From a virus, in IMG/VR virus record IMGVR_UViG_3300005613_000004: a stretch of 64,000 nt of DNA; one strand, 5' to 3'. The notes under the pieces were generated by a model. That model made no database searches and was not told the origin of the DNA. It saw only the letters and a program-made list of their open reading frames with translations. The position numbers and the translations under genes are program-made. Below, one piece after another: positions 1-9,800 of this stretch. Numbering within the stretch: position 1 is the stretch's first letter; every line of letters starts with the position of its first letter.

Positions 1-1
1 A

Positions 2-895
2 GTTTCTGTCGTTGGTGGTGAAGAATTAGATCCTCCAGAATTTGGAACAGTTCAAATCAGTATAAAACCTAAAAATGGTACTTTTGTATCGGACTTCAAT
101 AAATCGATGATTCTCTCAAATTTAAAGCAATATTCTATTTCTGGAATAAATCAAAGGATTGTAGATCTTAAAGTTCTTTATGTTGAACTTAACAGTTCAG
201 TATATTACAACTATTCACAAACATCAAGTCCAAATGATTTACGTAGTAGAGTAATTGATTCTTTAACTTCATATTCAAATTCATTAGATATCAATAAGTT
301 TGGTGGTAGACTAAAATATAGTAAAATTCAACAGATAATTGATAATACAGATACTAGTATAACATCAAATATTACTAAAATTATTATTAGAAGAGATTTA
401 AAACCTTCTTTAAATGTATTTGCACAGTATGAACTATGTTTTGGTAATCGTTTTCATATAAATTCGGAAGGATTTAATATTAAATCAACTGGATTTAAGA
501 TTTCTGGAGAGCAAGATACTGTTTATTTAACTGACATTCCAAATTCTGATAAAAAAACCGGTTCAATTTCAATTGTAAAGCCAATTGGATCTGTTGATAA
601 TAGAGTTGTAGTTAAGTCTGCTGGAACTGTCGATTATGAAAAGGGTGAAATTCTGCTTAATACAATAAATATTGTTTCCACATCTCTTAGTAATGGATTA
701 ATTGAAATTCAAGCATTCCCAGAATCAAATGATGTTGTTGGGTTGAGAGATTTATATCTTAATTTAAGCATTTCTAAAAGCACAATAAATATAGTGAGAG
801 ATGTAATTGCATCCGGAGACGAAATATCCGGAACTAGATTTATTAATGAGTTCTACACATCAAGTTATTCAAACGGAAATTTAATAAGACAGTAA
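2..895 (+). CDS. gp6: Baseplate wedge subunit gp6, C-terminal part (5' end outside window)
   Basis: Frame is open from base 2 (VSVVGGEELDPPEFGTVQISIKP...) into the 107..895 ORF. Contains gp6-like KFGGRLKYSK and GTVDYEKGEI motifs and lies directly before gp7/gp8. Confidence 0.9.
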   Translation, partial: VSVVGGEELDPPEFGTVQISIKPKNGTFVSDFNKSMILSNLKQYSISGINQRIVDLKVLYVELNSSVYYNYSQTSSPNDLRSRVIDSLTSYSNSLDINKFGGRLKYSKIQQIIDNTDTSITSNITKIIIRRDLKPSLNVFAQYELCFGNRFHINSEGFNIKSTGFKISGEQDTVYLTDIPNSDKKTGSISIVKPIGSVDNRVVVKSAGTVDYEKGEILLNTINIVSTSLSNGLIEIQAFPESNDVVGLRDLYLNLSISKSTINIVRDVIASGDEISGTRFINEFYTSSYSNGNLIRQ

Positions 896-896
896 T

Positions 897-3800
897 ATGA
901 TACAGACTGGATTTGATTCTAGAGTTAAAATTCAACAAATTGTTGAAGGACAACTTCCAAGCTTTATATTGGATGAAAGTCCAAATGCATCCGAATTCTT
1001 AAAGCAATACTATATTTCTCAAGAATATCAAAGTGGACCAGTAGATTTAGCAGATAATCTTGATCAATATTTAAAGGTAGATAATTTAGTTCCTGAAGTA
1101 ATTGTAGATAGTACTACTCTTTCTTCGGATATTACTATAACAGATACTATTGTTACAGTAAGTAGTACAAAAGGATTTCCGAATGAATATGGTCTCCTCA
1201 AAATTGATAATGAAATTATTACATATACAGGTTTAACTACCAATACATTTACTGGTTGTATTCGCGGATTTAGTGGTGTAACCGATTATAAAAATAATAT
1301 TGGGCAAGGAGAGATTATTTTTTCCGAATCTGATGCTGATGCTCACAGTTCTGGAACATCAATTCAAAATTTAAGTTCTTTATTTTTAAAAGAATTTTAT
1401 AAAAAAATAAAATCTACATTTACTCCTGGATTTGAAGAATTAACTTTTGCAAAGAAAATTGATGCAGGAAATTTTATAAGAAGAGCAAGAGATTTTTATC
1501 AGGCAAAAGGTACTAATGAATCTATTCGTATATTATTCAATGTTCTTTATGGAGAAACACCACGAGTTATAAATCTTGAAGATTACTTAATTAAACCATC
1601 TGATGCTTCCTATATCAGGAGAGAAATTGTAATTGTAGAGTCTTTAACACCTGGTTCAAATCCACTAAACATTGAAGGGCAAACCATAGTAAAAAATACT
1701 GATCCTGATACAAATGCTGCGGTTTCCTCTGTAGAAATATTTGAAAGAGGTGGAGATATACTTTACAAGCTAGAACTATTCATTGGATATGATGGTATAT
1801 CTTCTGTTCAGGGTGATTTTACAATTACACCCAATAGTAAAGTTTTAGATAATGTTAGTATTGGATCTTCTATTATCAATGTAGACTCTACAATTGGATT
1901 TGATGAGTCTGGTGTAATTTTTTATAATGAAGATAGAATACCTTATACCAGCAAATCAGTCAATCAATTCTTTGGTTGTTCTGGAATAGTAACAAGTATT
2001 CCTATTGGTGAAAGTATTAGATCTAATGACACTTATTTTTCCTATGAAAATGGTGATTTAAGTAAGGTAATAGATTTCAGAATTCTTGGTATTTTATCAA
2101 GTGACATTAAAGAATTTAACAATTCATTCGCACAAGAAGATGAATTATTAAAAGTAAAAAATTTGGGAAGAAAAATAAATAATAATTCTAAAAATGAATT
2201 AGAAATTTTTGCAAATTCTTGGATATACAATACCAGCACTAGAAATGAAATATCTAATTCTAATGTTTTAACTTCTCCTATAGACAGGTCTAGTTTAAAA
2301 GTTGGTGACGAATTAAAATATTTGGAAAGAGGTGGTAAAGTAGAATTACCATCATCAAATACTTTTATTAGTGGAGTAGATATAACTTCAAATCAGTTGA
2401 CGATTGAAAATAAACCGACTATTGAACCGGATCAAAAGTATGATATAAGGAGAAAGGTAAATAGAGCTTCTAGTGATGGAACTGCAATTGAATTTGGTAA
2501 TTCGCAAGTAATTTCCGATGTATTAAACATCTATACTGACAATGATTATTATTATGTTTCATCAAATTCTTTACCATCTGAAGTTAAATCTGGTATTACA
2601 ACTACAAGTTATAGATTGAATATTCAAGAAAACATTAAAGAAGTTGGTATTGATACAACTGATAATTTGGGTGGCCTTACTAATAGTTTTTACTCTATTA
2701 TAAAATCTGATACAGATATTCCTTTTATTACTGGTGACAGGATATTTTATCAACCACAATCAATTCCTTTTGCTGGTTTAGAAACTGGTAGTTATTATGT
2801 AGAAATTTTAGAGAATCCAAAACAATTTAAATTATTTGCCTCTCCTGCTTTTATTGGATCTTCTAATAATTTGGAATTTATTCCCGATGAAAATAATTTT
2901 GGAGAACATACTTTCACATTAATTACTCAAAAAGATCGTGAAATCGGAGCACAAACTTTACTGAGAAGATTTCCATTAGAAAAAAATATTCAAAGATCTG
3001 GTGAAGAAGAAACTGTTCCAGGAACTACTGGAATGTTAATTAATGGTGTTGAAATACATAATTATAAATCAAATGATAAAATTTATTATGGACCTATTTC
3101 AAAAGCATCAGTTTTATCGAGTGGTCAGAATTATGATGTAATTAATCCCCCACATATTAGTGTATCAACTGGTGCCGGAACAACAGCAAAAATTCAACCA
3201 GTTGTTAGTGGAAAATTTGAAAAAGTATTTATTGATAAACAAGACTTTGATTTGGACCAAATTGTTTCAATTAATATTAGTGGTGGAAATGGACTTGGTG
3301 CAGTATTAGAACCAATAATTAAGAGAGAATCTAGATCTGTAATTTTTGATGCATCTAGATCTGTTGTGGGTGGCGGAATCAATACTTCTTTGAATATTAT
3401 TCAATTTACTACTGATCATAATTTTTTAAATGGTGAAGAAATTGTTTATAATTCCAATGGAAATGAGGAAATTCAATTAGAAGGAAGTTTAACGTTAGAA
3501 AATAATGCATCATATTATGCAGAAGTTATCAATAATAAATCAATTAAAATTTATAATTCATTATCGGATCAACAATCAGGAATAAATGAAATAAACATTG
3601 ATGGTGCTTCTTCAGGATTTCAAAATTTTAGAACTGCCTCCACTAAAAAGAAAATATCTTATATAAAAGTATTAAATGGTGGATCTGGATATACTAATAG
3701 AAAATTAATTGTAAATCCTAGTGGAATATCTACTACGAATAGTATCATTAAGTTTGAGAATCATGGATTTAAAAACGGAGAGTTGATAACATATACATAT

Positions 3801-6800
3801 GACTCTTCTTCGATAGGAATTAATTCAGAAAATCAATATTATGTATTAGAAGTTGATAGTGATCGATTTAGAATTTGTGATGCTGGTATTGGAGGAACAA
3901 ACAAAACAAATTTTGATAGGCAAAATTATGTTAGTTTTGCGTCATCAGGTTCTGGATATCAGTATTTTAATTATCCAAGTATTTCAGTTTCAATTGATTA
4001 TACACTTGCAGGTCTTGGAACAACTTCGCAAACAAAACAATCTTTAGTTGCAACACCATCAGTAAGAGGAAGTATTATTGATGCTTATGTATATGAAAAT
4101 GGAACTGGATATGGATCTACAATTTTAAATTATCAAAATAGACCAACTTATGAAATAAAAACAGGAAAAAGAGCTAGTGCATCTCCAATTGTAATAAATG
4201 GTCAGATTAATTCTATTATTGTACCTAACAATGGGGAAGAATATTTTTCAACTCCTGATATTGTTATTAATGGGGAGGGTACAGGAGCAGAAGCGAGAGC
4301 AATTATAGATACAACAACCCAAAAATTAACTGAAATTAAAGTTGTAAATTCTGGATTAGGATATACTTTTGGTACAACTACTATCGATGTTATTTCATCA
4401 GGATCTAATGCAGTATTAGAATTAGATGTAAGACCTCTTACGATTAATGATAATAACTTTAGATTTACTAATGGTGAAGTTATTCAAGAAAGTAATAATA
4501 AATTGCAATATTCAGTTTCTTCATATTTTGAAAATCTTAGAACTTCTTTCAACGAAAATGGATCTATATCCGGATTAATTGGATGGGCATATGATGGTAA
4601 TCCAATTTATGGGCACATTTCACATAGTGATCCAAATTCTTTAACCTCTTCGATTAAAACTTTACAATCTGGATATAAAGCAAATATATCTAATATTGAT
4701 GATAGACCAGTTGGATTTTCTAGTGGATTTTTTGTCGAAGATTATAAATTTGAAAATTCTGGGGATTTGGATGAATATAATGGTAGATTTGAAAAAACTG
4801 TAGAATTTCCAAATGGAAGATATGTATATCATGCAACTATTGATTCCACGACAAATTTACCATCATTTCCCTATTTTATTGGAAATAAGTATTATTCAAA
4901 GACAGTTAAAGATGATAATTTAAATCAATCTTTTAATTTTAATAATTCTAATCTTCAAAGAAATACTTTTCCATATAAAGTTGCAGAAAATGGATCTACA
5001 TACGAATTCTTTAATTTGGATATAAATGAAGCAAGAAATCAGAGGTCTACTGTCGAATCTATTTCATCAGGAGTTGTAGAGTCTTTCATTATCGAATCTC
5101 CAGGAAATGACTATAAAGTAGGAGACTCTTTGATATTTGATGATAAAGATACTTCAGGATCTGGTTTAAATGTAGAAGTTGGATCGATCTCTGGAAAAAA
5201 AATTACATCTATAGAATCAACAGAATTGAATTATTTTGATTCTATATTTACATGGAAATCATCGAACGAAGTTAAAGTATCTATTTTACCAAATCATAAT
5301 TTAAAAAACTCAGATTATGTCAATATTTCTGGATTTTCAACAAATTTAACAGAATTAAATGGAACTTTTCAAATAACTACACCTTCTTATCCAACTGCTA
5401 GATGCCTTTCTTCGATTACTAGTGCTTCTGCAGGGTTTACTACTGAAATATACGTTTCTTCAATACCTGATGTTTCTATTGGTAGTAGTATCATCATTGA
5501 TTCGGAGTATTTAAAGATTTTAGATATATACAAAAATGATAATATTCTCAGAATTGAAAGAGGTTCTTCCGGAGTTTCTCACACAGTAGGAACTGCAGTA
5601 ACTTTTGTTCCAGACTCATTTACAATTTCAAAATCTTTAAATAAATTTGATTCTAAAATACAAAAAAAAGTATTTTTTAATCCAAAAGAATCTTTAGGTA
5701 TAGGAACAATATCTGGAATAGGAACTAGCGTAACTTTTAATTTTGGAAATATTACAATTACTAGAGATATCCCTACACAAAAAATTTACTTAGAAAATAA
5801 CCCTTTTACAAGTAATGAAGAAATTACATACACATCTACTGGATCACTTATTCAAGTATCTACTGATGGATCCAATACTTCTAATCTAGTATCAGGAACT
5901 AATTTATTTGTAGTTAGAAAAAATAATAATTTAATTGGTTTAAAAACTTCTATATCAGGATCTGAACTATTTTTTCATACAAATGGTGATGATGTTGATA
6001 ATCAATATCAATTTGAAAGTAATTATTCTCAAATCTTAGGAGATGTTCAAAAAATAACTTCCACAATTTCTGTTTCCACTCCACATAATCTCAATCAGGG
6101 GGATATTGTTACTCTTGATGTAAAATCTGGACTTTCTACTGAAGTTAGTGTGATTTATAAATCGTACATTAATAATATTGTAATCAATCCAATCACATTC
6201 AATTCTACAGGAGTAAACACCACAACAAATGAAATCACTATTCCAAATCATAATTTAGAAACAGGTAATAAAGTATTTTATGAAGATTCTACTAATTCTG
6301 CAGTAAATAATAATTCATATTATATTTACAAAGTAAATCAAAATAAAATTAAACTTTGCGAAACTTATATCGATTCTCAGAAGAATCCGCCAACGGTTGT
6401 GAGTTTCGGTTCTACTGGAGGATCTTCCCAAGAATTATCACTAATCAATCCAAGATTGAATCCAATCAAAAATAATGATCTAACTTTTGATTTATCAGAT
6501 TCTAGTTTAACTGGATATAATTTTAAAATCTATTATGATAATGATTTTAATAATGAATTTGTATCTACAGGATCTACAAGTTCATTTGTAGTTTCCACAG
6601 GATCTTCTTCTTTAACAATAAACTATAATAATGATATTCCAGAGGTTCTATACTATACTTTAGAATCTAATGGTAAAGCATTAAATTCTGATTTTGATGT
6701 AAAAGATTACTCTCAGATAAAATATACTAATAGCATATATAATAATTCTTATGAAGTAATAGGAATTGCTGAAACAACATTTAATGTCAATCTAATCAAA

Positions 6801-9800
6801 TCTTCAGAGAAATCTTCATACATATCTTCAGAATCTGATGTTTTGGAATATTCCACCACTTCATTAACTGCAAGTGGACCCGTAAAAACCCTAAGAAAAA
6901 TTTCATCCGGCCAAAATTATAAGAAATTACCTATACTAGATTCAGTCAAAACTGATGCGGGCAGCAATTTAGTTGTAAGTTTAAAGTCCAAATCTGTTGG
7001 AAAAATACAATCCATTAAAATAATAAACAATAAGTATGAATATTCTTCTGATAATACTTTAAGACCTTCGGCAGATATTTCACCCATTTTAAAAGTTAAA
7101 GATTCTAATACTATTGGAATTATTTCAGTCACTGATGGTGGAACTGGTTATGTTAGTCCTCCTGATATTGGAATTGCAGATTTAAAAACAGGAGAAAAAA
7201 TAGATTCTGGATTTTTAGAAGCTAACTTATCTGGATCAGCAATTTCTTCTATCAATATAGTTAAACTTCCCACAGGTCTTCCGGACAGTGGAACTAAAAT
7301 TTTTGCGGCAAATAATAGTAATGGAGTAACAATTCGTGAAGTAGAGTCTTCTAATACGGGTATATTTACTTGTTTAATTCAAACACCAATTTTAGGATTT
7401 CCAACAACAGGTATTGCAACTCAACCTGTTGATATTGGTGATGAAGTTTTCATTGAGGGAATACAAAAATTAGGTACTGGTGGAGATGGATTTAATTCGG
7501 AAGATTATGGATATGCTTTTTTCCCTGTAATCAATTATACTAAAGGAATCAATGATAAAGTAACTATTGATATATCAAATCTTACTTCAAATACTGGGAT
7601 TGCTGTAACCATTCAAGATGGAACTGGAAGTTTGATTAATAAAGATAAATATCCCACTTTCTTAGTAATTCAAGAAAATAAATCGTTTTTTATTGGTGAA
7701 AAAATAATTTCTAATAATATCATAAGAGATTTAGAGGTAATTGAAAGCAGCGGCACTTCCTTAAAATTATTAGGAACTTATGAATTATCTCTAAATGAGG
7801 TAATTACAGGAAAAAACTCCGGAAATACTGCTACTATTTCATTAATAGAAGATAATTCTGGAATTTATCAAGTTAATTATTCAAATAAAAAAAATATTGG
7901 TTGGGAAACTGATACAGGAAAGTTAAGTGAAGATTTTCAAGTTACTCCAAATAATGATTATTATCAAAATTTATCATATTCTATTCAAAGCTCTAAGACA
8001 TATATTGAACAAGATTCTCCAGTAAATAGTCTTGTTCATATTTCTGGAATGCGTAACTTTGCCGATACTGGAATAACATCATCAGTATCGGCAGGAATAG
8101 ATACTAATATTCCACCAGAGAGTGCAACTACAATCTTAGTTTCTTTAGTTGATGAAAAAAGAGTAGATACTATCAATAACCTTGATTTAGTTACTGATGT
8201 AGATGTGGTAAATTCAACTTCAAAATATATTAGATTTGAAAATTTGAAATTGACTGATAGTGTCGAATTAATATCAAATGATGTGTTAAGAATTGATGAT
8301 ATTAGTTCATTATTTTCAAATAGTGAATCGGAAACTACCACATTTACTGATTTGATTAATTTCGATAATCAAAAATATCAAAGATTTATATTTAGAATTA
8401 CTAGTGAAAATAGGTTAGAAATTCAACTCATAGAAATCATCATTTTAAACGATGATGGCAGTTTTTATATTGTAGAAAAATCCTCCCTTTCAAATACAAA
8501 TAATCCTAAAGGATACGGTGATATTGATATTGTTGAAGATGAGTTTGGATCTTCTTCTTTAAGATTTAATCCAGAAGATAAGTTTAATACAAACTATGAT
8601 ATCAAATTTATTGGTGAAAATATTATAACACAAACATCTGGGATTGGGACAACAGAATCTATTGGATTTATAGACTTGTCAAGTTATGATAATACCATTA
8701 CTGGATTAGCATCAACAACGATTGTGGAATTAGATTCTGATAAATTTAAATCATTATATGTAAATACTATCGTTACAAATGATGTTACAAAGGAATTAAA
8801 CTTTGTAAGATTATATGTAAGTCATAATGATACGGATACATTCATATCTGAATATTATACGGATACTAGCAGTTTTTCATCTTTTGCTGGTAATCAAATA
8901 GGATCATTCGGATCGAATTTGACTGGTGGATTATTAACACTATCGTTCGAAAATGATATTTCTTCTGATGTCAGTATTGAAACTCAAATCGTTGGATTTG
9001 GAACTACTGCAGTTGGAGTAGGCACTTATAGATTTATTATTGATGGTCAAATTCCGGGAAATGAAAGAAGTGCAGTTTATGAGTCTAAATTTTATTCTAC
9101 ATTTTCTGCCACACCAATAACTGTTTTATCTTTAGATCAGAACTTATTCAATGCATCAAAAGCACTGATTGAAATTGGTATTGGAACTTCAAAAGCTCTT
9201 CATGAAATATATGCAATTCATGATTCTTCAGATTCTTATATTTTACAAGGACCATTTCTATCAATAAATGATTTTACCGGAATTGGGACATTTGGAGCAA
9301 ATTTAACTGCAGGTAATTTCATAATTACTTTTTATCCAGATGCATCTCAAACTGGAAATATTGATGTATCTGTTTTCAGTAAATCATTATACACCGCATT
9401 AGATAATTTAAATGATCCTGATCCCCTAAAATATGGAATAATTTCTGAAGAAATTGATTATAGATTTTACAACGCACCAAATCTCAGTAGAATTAATAGG
9501 AAGAACTTTACTCCAAATATTAACAATGTTCCGATCTTCAAAAAAACATTTAATCCCTCAGATACATCTGTATTAAATTCAGAAACTGGAATATTTACTA
9601 TCAGTAATCACTTCTTCAGAACCGGAGAAAAATTAACTTATATTCCAAAATCAACTTTTGTTGGTATTGGAACTAGTGCAATGAAATATACTTCTTCCGA
9701 TGAACTTCCATCAGAAGTGTATGCGATTAAAGTAGATGAAAATAATTTTAAGATTGCTGTTAGTGAATCTGATGCAAATAATGGAACTGGTGTTACTTTT